Assembly: GCF_006345805.1 (NCBI RefSeq) | Contig: NC_043009.1 | Span: 32,240,001 to 32,304,000 of the forward strand | DNA from: Octopus sinensis | Lineage: Eukaryota | Direction: 5' to 3' | Length of the DNA: 64,000 nt | Program-made: the position numbers and the translations under genes | Notes under the pieces: model-generated | Told to the model about the DNA's origin: nothing | Database searches by the model: none | Seen by the model: only the letters and a program-made list of their open reading frames with translations | Shown: piece by piece, positions 40,601 through 54,636 of the stretch | How positions within the stretch are numbered: the first letter of the stretch is position 1 | Layout of the letters: each line of letters starts with the position of its first letter

Positions 40601-41188
40601 CCCGGAGTAGCCTCTGCCAACATTCACATCGCTACGCTCTACATTATGTGCAACTACACTAAAATGCTACAGCTCTTCTCAACATGAACGCATCTCAATA
40701 TTTAATCCACACTGATAAAAGAAAAAAAAGATTACGAGCAAATTTTAATCCAGCTCCTATCATATTCTTAGTAAAATTTTTAGTATTAACTTTGTCAGTA
40801 AATTTCTCATGGAACTCCGAAATTATCTCCGAAGAAAAAAATATTTTTAAGTCAGAGAGAAATATATTGTCAATTTATGTGAAATATTTGATCGTTGATT
40901 ATAATCAGGCAGAAAATATTAAAAATAAACCAAATAGAAATAATATTCGGGGATATTTTTTGTTGCAGGAGAAATCATTTATCTAGCAAATATAAAAATC
41001 ATATTTTCAGTTAAAAATCAGTCAATTATTTTTTGCCATAAATTTTATCAAGATTTTTCTCATCACCATCAGAAATATCTTTGATGTACGTCTTCATCAT
41101 ATCCAAGGTTACCCACGTTTACATTCTGTATTAATGATAAGTTCAACAGCAATGCACAACGGCTGCGACATCAACAAGAACACCTATC

Positions 41189-41222
<34 letters not shown>

Positions 41223-41261
41223 TAATAATAATGATAATAATAATAATGATGATGATGATGA

Positions 41262-41443
41262 TGGTTTCAAATTTTTCCACAAGGGCAGCAATTATGAGGG
41301 AGGAGATGAGTCGATTACATCAACCCCATTGTTCAACTGGTACTTATCTTACTGACCCCCCGAAAAGGTGAAAGAGAAAGTCGACCTCAGTAGAAATTGA
41401 ATTCAGATCGGAATGACGGGCAAAATACTGTTAAGCATTTTGC

Positions 41444-41515
<72 letters not shown>

Positions 41516-41893
41516 TATTATTATTATTATTATTATTATCATTGAGTGAGAGAGCAGTGCATCCCATCAAAGTGACACTGGGGTAAAATATACCAAGCCT
41601 AGTATACCCATCATAACTACCCGTCAGATAAGGGTATGCCAGGCATATACATCACAACCACATGTGCGTGACACGGTAATCTCATATCAAGATAAACAGC
41701 ATCTGACGTTGCAAGTGGAGCCCAGTTAGAATTTTCTTCATGTCGAATAGCCCATTCCACTCAAATGGTCCATTAATAAGGTTTGCTTAAGGATGTTGAA
41801 AGAAACACTCATGTTTCCAGAGGTGAATTATTCAAATCCAAAAGAATTTCTCTCACGCTAAGCACTTTGCCTGGCGAACTAATAATTCCATTA
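41262..41893 (-). mobile_element. SINE family B variant split by an insertion
   Basis: 3' part at 41262-41443 and head at 41857-41893 (ctggcgaactaataattcc..agcttgccgcc) flank retroposon copy 6. Confidence 0.75.
41544..41856 (-). mobile_element. ~550-bp retroposon copy 6, 5'-truncated, with TSD
   Basis: Tail (TTA)n at 41444-41543; TSD TAAGCA(T/C)TTTGC at 41432-41443 and 41859-41870. Confidence 0.85.
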
Positions 41894-42279
41894 GCTTGCC
41901 GCCAAAACTAGTATTTATATCAACAATGCAAGAGACATTGATAGCAGCCTTTCTACAAGTAACTTAGACATCTTGGTATTGTTTGGCAATGTTCAAATGG
42001 ATCAAAATCTCGAAGAGAGGAAACGGCTGACTTTTCAGTATGCGATTCATCAATCATAATAATGAAGGACAACTTTGATAACAAACCAAGCCCAGAAGCA
42101 GCAATACAAGTGCGACACATGATTCCGTTTCAGTAGCTCATAAAGAGAGTGAATGGAATCTCTCAGAACTTGGTAATCTATTATGTGATGGAATCACAAA
42201 AGCATCACTTAAAGAACCTCTGTGAGTGATATGTCTGAAAGAATGTAAGCGATAACAGCGTAAATGAGACTGAAACCAG

Positions 42280-44680
42280 TGGTGCAGGGACCCGCGCCCA
42301 GTTGGTATCCGCTGAGCAGCAGAATTGGTCAAGTTGTCAACCTGTGAGTAATGGTATAAAAGAATTGAAAGTAGAGCATAAGAAATAAATGAGATCTCGT
42401 GAAGAGTTACTAGAAGGCAAAACATAGATGAAAATGGTTAGTGCTATTAAGAAAATATATTTAAAAAAGGATGTGCCAGGAATGGCTGCAAGAAGTAATA
42501 TATGAAGCAACGGAGCAACGATAATGTATCCGGGACAGAATGGTAAGAAAGGAAGGCTTTTTAATATGTTTAGAACTGGAAATAATTCAGAGAAATATAT
42601 ACGTAGATGATGGCAAAGCAGAGCATAATACTGCTAACAACGAAGAGCAGATCGAAACCACCAAAGCTCCTCAAATGGCAGAAACGGTGCAAATTAATTT
42701 GCTCAAGGTAGCCATGGTAACTTTCACAGACATCACAGATGAGGAAAAGAGAATTGTAGATCGAGTAGTCGAGTTACTGAGTTTGTAGAATTCTGGAGTG
42801 ATATGTATCTTTAAGAAAATAAGCGATTGAGAACCGATTCAGCAAACAGTAAAAATAAACAGAATATTAAAGTATCTACATGTAAACAATATCACCGAAG
42901 CTAATAGACTAAATAACGGCAAAAACTATAGTGGTGCCTATTAAACAATGGGGGTAAACTGAACAGAAGGATGAACAATGAACCTCAGCGGAAGAAGAGG
43001 ATCCTTGGAGACATAAAAAGAATAGCATGATCTGTCGGTATTAGACAGAAGAAAAGCAGAACTGCTGAATCAGCAGCGCAAGTATAACATGTTCAAACAA
43101 AAGCATGGTATTGATTTCGAAGTGTTGGCGGTAGTAATTGAGGAACTAAAACAACAGGGGCAAGCTAAGAGACCAAAAATTACTCGATTTGATCAGAAAA
43201 TCAAACAGACGAAACAGAATCTCCAAAATTGATCAAAACAGATTTTGTCGAGAAATTAATGGAGAAACAGACAAAGATACATGCACCGTAAACGCGGAAG
43301 TCAAAGATACTGGAAGAATATTTCGGGGAAAAGTAAAATGCACGACACTAGTGCGAACTGATTACGCAACATGAAGAAAATATCCAATATAAATATTCAA
43401 CCAAAAAACATTAAAAGAAGTCAGGAAGTTTTCAGCGAGGAATTAGAAAGTTAAGCAACTGCAAAACAGCAGGACAAGATGGAGTTCAGAGGTACTGGAT
43501 GAAGAAATTTACCGAGTGCTAGGAAAACCTACGAATGTAATGAAGCATATTAATCGAAGGCTGCACAAAACTCCTAGGCTAGTCGACCAGGAGGAGAATA
43601 GTAGCGTGCCAGAAAGAAGCATCAAGGGAAATAGTTTTGACAACTTAAAGCTTATATCCCGTCTGTTCGTCATGTGAAAGCTGTTAACAGGAATACAAGC
43701 AGATGAAATTTACGTATTCGTGGAACAGAATAACATCTACCGGAAGAGCAAACGTGAATATAGGGGAAATAAAGATCAACAGCGGATAGAGAAGATAGTA
43801 CTAAAAGACTGCAAAAGGCACAAAACCAACATGGGATTGCGTGGATAAACTACAGGAAAGCATATGATATGGTTCCTCGTCTGAAGATTTTGCATTGTTT
43901 GAAAATATTTGAAAATGCTAACAATGTCGTGAATGGATGGATCACTGAACTAACAGCAGGGAGACAATGCTTAGGCTTTTTCAACATCAAACGAGGAATC
44001 TTCCAAGGAAATAAGTTATCACCATTGCCTTTTGTATTGTATATGATGTTGCTGATTTCGATTTTGAGAAACACGGAAGCTGGCTGTGAGTTCGAGGAAA
44101 GAAAATATAAAATTTTTATGTACGACCTGAACGCTGAGTTCCATGATGCTAACAATGCATTGCTTTAGAATAGAACTTGAACCGAAAAAGTATGGGGTGT
44201 AGATTGTAAAAGTGGTAAGTCCTAAAAACTTGGTGGTGTGGAATTGCCCACGGGAGAAGCAATGAAGAGAACAGACATTGAAGCGTAGAAATTTCTGGGC
44301 ATATTGGAAGTAGGTGAATGTGTGGAAATCCAACTGAAGAAATACTCTGAGGAGTATTAAAGAAGGCTGAGATTGATTTTGAAAACAAAACTGAATGAAA
44401 GGGATAAGTTGCAAGCAATAAATTCGTAGGTATCCGTAGGTCACTTGAGATAAGGAGTAGGAGTGCGAGGTTGGTGAAAAAAGGAATTTCAGTCTTTGGA
44501 TAATAAAATGAGGACGCTTCTGTCAATATGCGATACGTTCCACCGGAAAATGGATGTTAACACTTTACGAGATGTTGACACTTTTACAAGAAAGAAATGC
44601 GGTTGGGGATTGATAAGTTGTAAGGATTGTATTCAGATAACGGGAAATAATATTGTTTAGTATATAAATAATGCAAATAC
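42280..44680 (+). mobile_element. Old, heavily mutated near-full-length R4/Dong-type LINE ORF
   Basis: Remnants in the expected order: GFL..LELEIIQR; KLSNCKTAGQDGVQRYWMKK; AWINYRKAYDMVP; KRGIFQGNKLSPL; GGVELPTGE..KFLGILE; RRLRLILKTKLN; GWGLISCKDC. Confidence 0.82.
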
Positions 44681-44694
44681 CTGCACAAGTAAGG

Positions 44695-45652
44695 GATGAG
44701 ACCTCATCAATGCCCTTGAGTTGACCTATGAACCAAATGAGCAGAGGTTATTCATAGATGCATTCTTTTAGAGCATAAAAGCGCTTCTGTTGCACTTTGA
44801 GAACACCATGCCTTCAGTTTTAATTGCTCACTCAGTCATTTTAAGAAAGACATATGAGAATCTCGCTTTTATTCTAGACCGTATAAGTTACGAGGAGCAT
44901 GAGTGGCTAATTTGTGCGAACTTGAAAGTAGTCGCCCCACTTAATGCGCTACAAACTGGATATACCAGATTCATGTGCTTCCTTTGCAAGTGGGACAGTA
45001 GGACCAGATCAAAACATTGTGTACGCTCAGAATGGCTACCTCAGGACACTATGGCGCCTGGATGCAATAATGTAAATCATGAGCCACTTGTTAAGAAGGA
45101 GAAAATCATTTTGTCACCACTGCATATAAAACTAGGCATAATGAAAGAATTTACCAAAGCACTGCAAAATAACAAGCCATGCTTCCAGTACCTCAAGGTG
45201 ATCTTCCTTAAAATAAGTAATGCCAAGTTTAAAGTGCGCATATTCGTAGGCCCTCAGATTCGTCAACTTATAGCTGATGAGTACTTCGAGGAGATAATGG
45301 ATGAAACTAAGCTAGCGGTCTGGCATGCATTCAAAGATGTATGCAAAGGACTTCTGGGAAGTCACAAAGTGGCACAGCATGAGAATATAGTGGAGATCCT
45401 CTTCAAGTGCTACCAAGATATCAGATACAATATGTCACTGAAGATGCACTTCCTTCATTCTTATATGTCCTTCTTCCCAGAGAACGCAGGATATGTGTGA
45501 TGAACATAGAGGAGGTAGGTTACATTAAGATTATAGAGTCAATGGAAAACAGGAATTAGGGAAAATGGAGCTCAGCTATGCTGGCTGACTTCTGCTGGAG
45601 CCTGAGGCGTGACAGACCTGAGATGTCTAACAAACGACGAAGTAAATACTAA
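44695..45652 (+). pseudogene. DNA transposase pseudogene, CMC/Chapaev-3-like, N-terminus missing
   Basis: RLFID..SIKALLLH; LKVVA; GYTRFMCFLCKWDSR; LSPLHIKLGIMK; FVGPQIR; MSLKMHFLHS..FFPEN..DEH; MLADFCWSLRRD. The DNA-transposase nature is more certain than the family name, which is from motif recall. Confidence 0.75.
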
Positions 45653-46054
45653 AATGTAGGTTAATAATGATATAATGCTAACAAACATGCCGATTAATGA
45701 TGTATTTACGAAGTAATTACAATGGAATATTTAGTCTGATTTTGGGAGCAAAATAAATTTATGGTATCGTGGAAATTGGTATAAATTGAATAGTTATTAA
45801 GTTGGTAATTTACAAGAAAATGTGATGTGATGGAAAGTTTTTGCTATAAAATTCGAATTTAGTACATTCAACTTCGTAATAAAATGTAGGTGAGAACTAC
45901 GGTATTTTCTTGACCCTGAAATCTACTGGTGCACTACGTACAGAATTTTCGGGATTTGGAAAGAAAGTAGCGTCTTAGTTCACGAGATCTAAACAGCTCG
46001 TACATAAATGACATCTCCAGCAAAACTGAATTTGTTTGATGAACTCAAAATGAC

Positions 46055-46110
46055 ATACCGCAAGAATGCTAAGAAAGATTCTTGAGATTTCAGGAAAAAC
46101 TTGTCACCAA
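46055..46110 (+). mobile_element. Tiny R4/Dong ORF C-terminal remnant
   Basis: TARMLRKILEIS; the DNA resembles 39270-39315. Confidence 0.5.
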
Positions 46111-46177
46111 TCCTCAATATAAAATATATGATAAATTAGCATAAAATAGCCTACTACTACTACAACTACTACTACTG

Positions 46178-46311
<134 letters not shown>

Positions 46312-46325
46312 TAGAAAAATAATAA

Positions 46326-46400
<75 letters not shown>

Positions 46401-46402
<2 letters not shown>

Positions 46403-46677
46403 TGGAATGTGGAATCTGAAAACAGAAACAATTCCTATCATAGTAGGTGCATTAGGCATAATAAAAAAATATTCAGACAAATACATAACAAAAACACCAG
46501 GACTTACAAACACATATAACATACAGAAAATTGCACTACAAGGCACTGCACACATCCTACGCAGAACACTTTCCATACAATAACCATCAGAGCATCACAA
46601 CAAATCACAGCACATACCCAAAGCACACAGAGCTGCGCTCGGTAGTGAAGTGAAAGCACGCTATAAAAATAAAACTA

Positions 46678-46681
<4 letters not shown>
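46401..46681 (+). mobile_element. 5'-truncated 3' end of the young R4/Dong-type LINE, third copy
   Basis: Near-identical to 17050-17331; lies between (TAA)n at 46251-46400 and 46682-46741. Confidence 0.92.
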
Positions 46682-46726
<45 letters not shown>

Positions 46727-46744
46727 TAATAATAATAATAATCT

Positions 46745-46908
46745 TGAGTACTTTGATGTTGAATGCCTTCCAGAATAATTAACAACCAAGTATCAAAGCT
46801 TATAATGCGCTGAAAGAGACTCTGTGAGACCTCTGACAACAAACTGCTGTCCTCTCTCTCTGTGAATCAACCAGAGCAAACAAGACCGAGAGCTCTGAGA
46901 AGTCAAAC
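46745..46908 (+). repeat. ~165-bp unclassified interspersed repeat, second copy
   Basis: Homologous to 33938-34100 (-); follows a TAA run and ends aaacaataataat. Confidence 0.7.
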
Positions 46909-47295
46909 AATAATAATCTTCATTATTAAAACAACCAGAGGAGCAACCCTTTTGATCGTGAATTGTGGAGAGAATGTGATGTTCATTAGAAGTAAATTTA
47001 ATCACTTTTCATTAAAATCAGGCACAATTATGAAAGTGAAGATTAATTAAATACAACGATCACATACATACACGTAGATATAGAATAAAAAGCTGAAAAA
47101 CATGAATTTTATATACAAATGACATGTATTCTACAGCAGTTTCAATGAAGTTGAAATACTCTCATTTATATAATTACATAATTAAAATAAAAATCTCTTG
47201 TTTAACCATTAACTTGCTCATTTCGTGAGAAGGAAAAGAGGGAAAGGTGTGGCCATATATAATTAATATATATATATACATACATAATACATAAA

Positions 47296-47598
47296 CTTAA
47301 ACTTAGATAAACTTATATATGTTTCGACCAAAGATTGGTCCAGGCCGTGTCTAACTTAATAGCACCACCTGATAGGATTATTCGAATCCTGTTTAAGTCA
47401 AGTTTTGTTTATGGTCCATTCAAGTAGTGAGTTTTTGTTGGGTGAGTTGTATCCAATTATGGGTGGCTTTTCTGGTATTCTTTGAAGGAATCTATCCAGA
47501 CTCCGTTTAAAGTTGATGGGATCCTGTTCCTATTTGATCTCTTTCGGGACAATGTTAAATAGGGCAGGGCCTGTTGAGGAAAAGAAATTATGTTGCAG
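47296..47598 (-). mobile_element. CR1/L2-group LINE 3' end
   Basis: LQHNFFSSTGPALFNIVPKEIK*EQDPINFKRSLDRFLQRIPEKPPIIGYNSPNKNSLLEW, then a short 3' UTR with a GACC/GGTC stem-loop and a TAAGTTT-type tail. Confidence 0.75.
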
Positions 47599-47603
47599 TG
47601 TAC

Positions 47604-47635
<32 letters not shown>

Positions 47636-47992
47636 TCACCCAACACTTTTAAACTAAACACTACTTTTAAGCACATGCATCCTATTCCTCCAAATAAATT
47701 TTTCCACGGACTATTATTGAACTCTAAAAGCATAAAGAATCTACAATGTATTGGTATACATATTTATTAATTTTTGTATATATGCATTATTATTTTTTTG
47801 AACAAACATTGTAGATTTCTTTTTTCCCCTTCCTCAATTTTAAAATTCCTTTTAAAATTCCTTTTTCCCTTCCAAATCTTGCAATGAAAATCGGTTTGAT
47901 TTATTATTATTTCTTTTTTAATCTTCCATACCCCCATTTTTATTAAAATTTACTTTCAATTTAGCATTCTGCCTCATTATAATTTTCCCTCT

Positions 47993-48027
<35 letters not shown>

Positions 48028-48054
48028 ATAATAATATTAATAATAACAATAATT

Positions 48055-48635
48055 GCCCTGATGCAGAACAGGCAGTGGCTTTGTCTTGATGCAGTACCAG
48101 GCAGTGACTCTCGTGGCGTCTGATCTTAACTGATTGGAAGTGTTACAAAGTACATTGTTTTGTCTTGGTATAAAAGATGGGCTACAGCAAATATTCTGCT
48201 CAATACTGCTTATTTGCTTGTCAGTTGTTTGACCTTAACCAGTTGAGCATGTCCCTTAGTGGCTGACGATATTTGCATCTCTGATCACGAGCAGAAGTAG
48301 TGGGCGAGCATTATAGTCATGTATTGAGAAGAATTCTTTGGGGTTTGAATTATTCAACTCTGCAAACATGGTTTTTTCGTTCAACATCCTTAAACAACCC
48401 ATATTCAGGGACCTTTTGAGCGGGATGTGTTACTCGACCAGAAGAAAATTCTAACTGGGCCCCACCTGCAAGGTCATGTGCTGTTTATCTTGATATAAGA
48501 TCATCATATCGCGCACATATGGTTGTGATGCATGTGCTTAGTGTACCTTATCAGACGGGTAGTCATGATGTGTATACTGGGCTTCGTATATTTTACCCCA
48601 GTGTCAATTTGATGGCATGCGGTGCTCTTTCACTC
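48055..48635 (+). mobile_element. ~550-bp retroposon copy 7, with a duplicated 5' head
   Basis: gccctgatgcagaacaggcagtggctttgtctt-gatgcagtaccaggcagtgac...cactcaataataat. Confidence 0.85.
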
Positions 48636-48789
48636 AATAATAATATATATGCATATCAACAACTGGGTATTTTTGTTTGTATGTATATATGTATGTATAT
48701 GTGCTGATTGGTATGTTTTGTATTATGTATATATTCTCATGCGTATAGTTGCATATCTAGACAAGTTTATGTGTACTTAAAGTTTCAGT

Positions 48790-49035
48790 GATGGATTGGA
48801 TCTGTAGTCTTGGAATCAGCCTTCTCCTTCCTCAATTTGAGAAGCATAATTTCTCTGATTGGTATTTAGGCATTGTGGTACATATCCAAGGGCACCAATA
48901 ATTACTGGTGTGAATCTGAACTTGTAATCTAGATAGAGTAACTGTAGATTTCTCAGTAGTTCAGCGTAGGTATTCTCTTTTTCACTGATATTCAGCATTA
49001 TGTTAACATCCGTTGGGCAGCAAATTTCCACAATA
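48790..49035 (-). mobile_element. RLE-domain LINE 3' fragment, distinct subfamily
   Basis: EICCPTDVNI..SEKENTY..LQLLYLDYKFRFTPVIIGALGYV; duplicated at 50686-50931. Confidence 0.7.
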
Positions 49036-49123
49036 CTACTACACAGTTTCCCTTCTCTATCACAAATCCTTATATCGTTCTATGTATATATGTATGTATG
49101 TATGTACGTATGTACTTATGTAC

Positions 49124-49154
<31 letters not shown>

Positions 49155-49821
49155 TGTATATGTATGTATGCATGAATATTTGTATGTATATGGTCAAAGA
49201 ATCGCTCTGAACTGTGACGTGTAATAGCATTGAGATATTAAACTGAGGAAACTCCTGGCGTTCACCAAAATTCTCTAACATTCATCTGATGCAATTTCAC
49301 AACACAAAACAATGGTTAGTTAAAAAGTATAATTCATTTTAAGACGTTGATGAAGAATTGTAATTTTGAAGGAGTAGAATATAATTTTGACAAGTTAAAT
49401 ACATCACGACCAGAATTTAATGAGTTCAAACATAAATGAATTATGGACTACAGTCGATTGGTAATGAGGTAAGAAGTTACGTGTGTTGACGTTTATTAAT
49501 TTGATTTTGCAATTTCAAAATACAGAAACAAATAAATTAAATGAAACTTTACTAAATGAAACAACTTCACAGGGCTAAAAATATATAAAGGTGTAAATAT
49601 TTGTAATAAAGAAAAAATCATCTATGCTGCAGCTGTTGAATAACGCTAACTAAAATATGAGCACACTATATTACATCTTCTGCACAAACAAGCACATCCA
49701 TGTGTCATATATTACACATATATGTCATATAGACACACACGCATACATATATATATATATATATAAATATATATATATGTATATGTATGTGTATATATAT
49801 ATATTTATATATACATATAGC

Positions 49822-49855
<34 letters not shown>

Positions 49856-49869
49856 ATCTATATTTATAT

Positions 49870-49920
<51 letters not shown>

Positions 49921-49950
49921 ATAATAATAATATTAATAATAACAATAATT

Positions 49951-50531
49951 GCCCTGATGCAGAACAGGCAGTGGCTTTGTCTTGATGCAGTACCAGGCAG
50001 TGACTCTCGTGGCGTCTGATCTTAACTGATTGGAAGTGTTACAAAGTACATTGTTTTGTCTTGGTATAAAAGATGGGCTACAGCAAATATTCTGCTCAAT
50101 ACTGCTTATTTGCTTGTCAGTTGTTTGACCTTAACCAGTTGAGCATGTCCCTTAGTGGCTGACGATATTTGCATCTCTGATCACGAGCAGAAGTAGTGGG
50201 CGAGCATTATAGTCATGTATTGAGAAGAATTCTTTGGGGTTTGAATTATTCAACTCTGCAAACATGGTTTTTTCGTTCAACATCCTTAAACAACCCATAT
50301 TCAGGGACCTTTTGAGCGGGATGTGTTACTCGACCAGAAGAAAATTCTAACTGGGCCCCACCTGCAAGGTCATGTGCTGTTTATCTTGATATAAGATCAT
50401 CATATCGCGCACATATGGTTGTGATGCATGTGCTTAGTGTACCTTATCAGACGGGTAGTCATGATGTGTATACTGGGCTTCGTATATTTTACCCCAGTGT
50501 CAATTTGATGGCATGCGGTGCTCTTTCACTC
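49951..50531 (+). mobile_element. ~550-bp retroposon copy 8 (duplicate of copy 7)
   Basis: Same sequence as 48055-48635, inside the tandem duplication. Confidence 0.85.
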
Positions 50532-51019
50532 AATAATAATATATATGCATATCAACAACTGGGTATTTTTGTTTGTATGTATATATGTATGTATATGTGC
50601 TGATTGGTATGTTTTGTATTATGTATATATTCTCATGCGTATAGTTGCATATCTAGACAAGTTTATGTGTACTTAAAGTTTCAGTGATGGATTGGATCTG
50701 TAGTCTTGGAATCAGCCTTCTCCTTCCTCAATTTGAGAAGCATAATTTCTCTGATTGGTATTTAGGCATTGTGGTACATATCCAAGGGCACCAATAATTA
50801 CTGGTGTGAATCTGAACTTGTAATCTAGATAGAGTAACTGTAGATTTCTCAGTAGTTCAGCGTAGGTATTCTCTTTTTCACTGATATTCAGCATTATGTT
50901 AACATCCGTTGGGCAGCAAATTTCCACAATACTACTACACAGTTTCCCTTCTCTATCACAAATCCTTATATCGTTCTATGTATATATGTATGTATGTATG
51001 TACGTATGTACTTATGTAC

Positions 51020-51050
<31 letters not shown>

Positions 51051-51719
51051 TGTATGTATATGTATGTATGCATGAATATTTGTATGTATATGGTCAAAGA
51101 ATCGCTCTGAACTGTGACGTGTAATAGCATTGAGATATTAAACTGAGGAAACTCCTGGCGTTCACCAAAATTCTCTAACATTCATCTGATGCAATTTCAC
51201 AACACAAAACAATGGTTAGTTAAAAAGTATAATTCATTTTAAGACGTTGATGAAGAATTGTAATTTTGAAGGAGTAGAATATAATTTTGACAAGTTAAAT
51301 ACATCACGACCAGAATTTAATGAGTTCAAACATAAATGAATTATGGACTACAGTCGATTGGTAATGAGGTAAGAAGTTACGTGTGTTGACGTTTATTAAT
51401 TTGATTTTGCAATTTCAAAATACAGAAACAAATAAATTAAATGAAACTTTACTAAATGAAACAACTTCACAGGGCTAAAAATATATAAAGGTGTAAATAT
51501 TTGTAATAAAGAAAAAATCATCTATGCTGCAGCTGTTGAATAACGCTAACTAAAATATGAGCACACTATATTACATCTTCTGCACAAACAAGCACATCCA
51601 TGTGTCATATATTACACATATATGTCATATAGACACACACGCATACATATATATATATATATAAATATATATATATGTATATGTATGTGTATATATATAT
51701 ATTTATATATACATATAGC

Positions 51720-51759
<40 letters not shown>

Positions 51760-51779
51760 ATCTATATTTATATACATAT

Positions 51780-51843
<64 letters not shown>

Positions 51844-53376
51844 GCACACACAAACCCTCAGAGAAGCTGAGAATCCCGTCGTTGCCGGGAAATTTCTACA
51901 ATAGAATGTCTTGACAGACTTTCAGAATAGCACACCCATATATATATATATATATATATATATACAAACATACATACATACATACATACATACATGCATA
52001 CATGCATACATACATACATACATACATAGTAAACCCAAGAAAAGATCAAACACAAGAAACACAACAGTGCGAGGATGTGGTACATGTAAAGTATTAGCAA
52101 ACGCTCATGAAAAGAAAGAAAGAGGGTTTAATTTCTGTCGACTCCCTCAGTCCTACCCCTAACAGATATTGATCTTTGTTCTCTCAGCTTTAGATATACA
52201 AGGATTTGATAAACTAGTCTATAAATTGAAACTAATCCCAACAGAAGATCAGTGACAGGCAGATTCTGTAACAATGCATATCTCCTTGATAACTTAGTAA
52301 CCTCTATGCTGGAGTGAAACCAGCATGTTCTTTGTCTATCTCCTTAACTTCTTGGAGATTTTAGGTATAATTATACTAATGTGTCCATCTGTTCTAATTT
52401 AATTAAAGTCTGTTTCTTGGTGCAGCCGAGGATTGCTCTGCATTTTAAATCGATGTAATTATTGCATTGTTCAATTAAATGGAGTTACATGAAGCGATCG
52501 TACTGCATTACCTCTGGATATCCTTGTTGCTTATTTTGATTTTATGTGTTTGCATATATATATGTATATGTGTGTGTGTGCTTGTGTGTGTGCATGTGGG
52601 CGCACCCGCGCATCTATATGCATGCGTGTACCTTCATGTATGTGTATGTATGTTATATTTAATGTTATATATTCGTTATTGTGTATATCGATGTCCATTG
52701 CTCCGATCCAAAGCACCAACAAACATCCGAATCATGATCTCTCATTGCTTAACTATCTCTTATAACTAAAATTGAAACCACATTTCCACGCACAGTTTGC
52801 AAGTATTCAAACTGTAAATCTCGCCTCCAGGTGGGCAACCATCTCATCCAGTCAATTAATAGCAACTCAATATCTACGATGAGAACTAAAACGGCTGCCA
52901 TTCACATAATTTTGACAACATTATTGTTTTCGTCTAAATATCGCTTTGAAGGTGATTGACTTTGTAAAATAAATTGCCCATTTAATAAATATCATACCAA
53001 ATTCGAACTATTTCATTTGAATTTCAGTTACATCATAATGCGTCTACATAATCTTACACTCATTTAAAATATATCTAAAGTAATGATTTTGACTTTCAAT
53101 ATTGCTGAGCATGAATGAATTACTTGTGCGTATAATACCTGGCGTAAGATTTAAACATCATTGTGATTCTCCATCAATGACATAGGATTGTTTGTTATCG
53201 AAGACCCTAAAGGTAGTTACGGGGTTTCGAGTGAGTCTCAAATGATGCCACTAAGTTTCAAATAAATGCTGGCAAGAGTATTTTCGCTGAAATACCATTG
53301 TCCGTATGGAAAAGTGTTTACAGAAATGTTACAGCTGGATGTCTATTTCATAATATATGCATGTATACACACACAC

Positions 53377-53443
<67 letters not shown>

Positions 53444-54576
53444 AATACATACATACATAGATGTATGCATATATGTACATATATAAACAATTAAATTGAA
53501 TAAATTCATGTGTGTATGTTAAGTATGTATATGCATAGATATATATGTGTGTGCACACAGAAACATACACGATCGCGAACACGCACACACACATATATGA
53601 ACACACACAAAGGTATATATAAGGTGTGTATTCATATATGCATATTTAAGTGTGTGTGCAAATAGCATACAGATATAATACATACATATACAAATATATA
53701 CACATGCATATATATATATATATATACATATATACATGCATATATATATATATATATATCTACAAATATACATATATATATATATATACACACATATATA
53801 TATTCATATATATTATGTATATATATCTGTGTGTATACACGAGTGTGTGTGTGTGTGTGTGTATTCATATCTGTATATGTTCTTGGATGTACGCATACGA
53901 GTAAGTTGTTTTTTTTAACAAATTTATATATCAGTATTGATGTGTCCCTGCGCTTTTATATTTCAAATTCTCTCTGTGATATTATGAACAATAGGCTTGC
54001 AAAATTTTCCACACATGACTATGTATGACAATGTTATTGTGCAACAAACTTCTTAAATAGATACTCAATTGTTAAAATGCCTTTGAACATATTGCTCCTA
54101 GCAACACATTCCATTTTGCACCCTGTATTGTTGTACTTATTGTTGCCATATCTATAGACTTCTGCTAGATTTTACTTCTTTACAGAAAATGTTTCAAACA
54201 TTTCTCTTGTTGCTGCTTTCAATGGTCTCTGATTTCCTGTTCTATGTTTCACAATGTTGACATTCTGATATTTGTCTCCAAAGGCTATTGATGTTCATCT
54301 TAATTCATGGATATTTCTTTCCTTAATTTTGTTTGTATATTGTTGTTGGAGTTTCTTTTTGTTGTGGGCTTTTTGTTATATTTATATATTTACACAGCAC
54401 TAAGAAAAATGATAAATCATTAACCAAGTAAGTCTTCCTTCAAATATGGTATACATAGACACACACCCACATAGACACACACACACACACCTACGCAAGT
54501 ATGTGTGTATGTATGAGATATATTATAAATGTGTGTGTCTACGCGTATGTATCTGTGTTTTTGTGTGTATTGACCG

Positions 54577-54636
<60 letters not shown>

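Larger units (their letters stand above)
48000..51800. repeat. Tandem duplication, unit ~1896 bp (about 48000-49895 and 49896-51800)
   Basis: ORF offsets 48519/50415, 48816/50712 and 49013/50909 are all 1896; breakpoints lie in (TA)n. Confidence 0.95.

Noticed and set aside
40219-40662. Poly-His / poly-Met ORFs
   Set aside because: Product of a CAT microsatellite.
47315-47350. GACC/GGTC-GAAAC stem as a hammerhead
   Set aside because: No core; better explained as the LINE 3' recognition stem-loop.
52020-52440. CGTCK and HAGFTP peptides suggesting Penelope or RT scraps
   Set aside because: Too short and not supported by neighbouring motifs.
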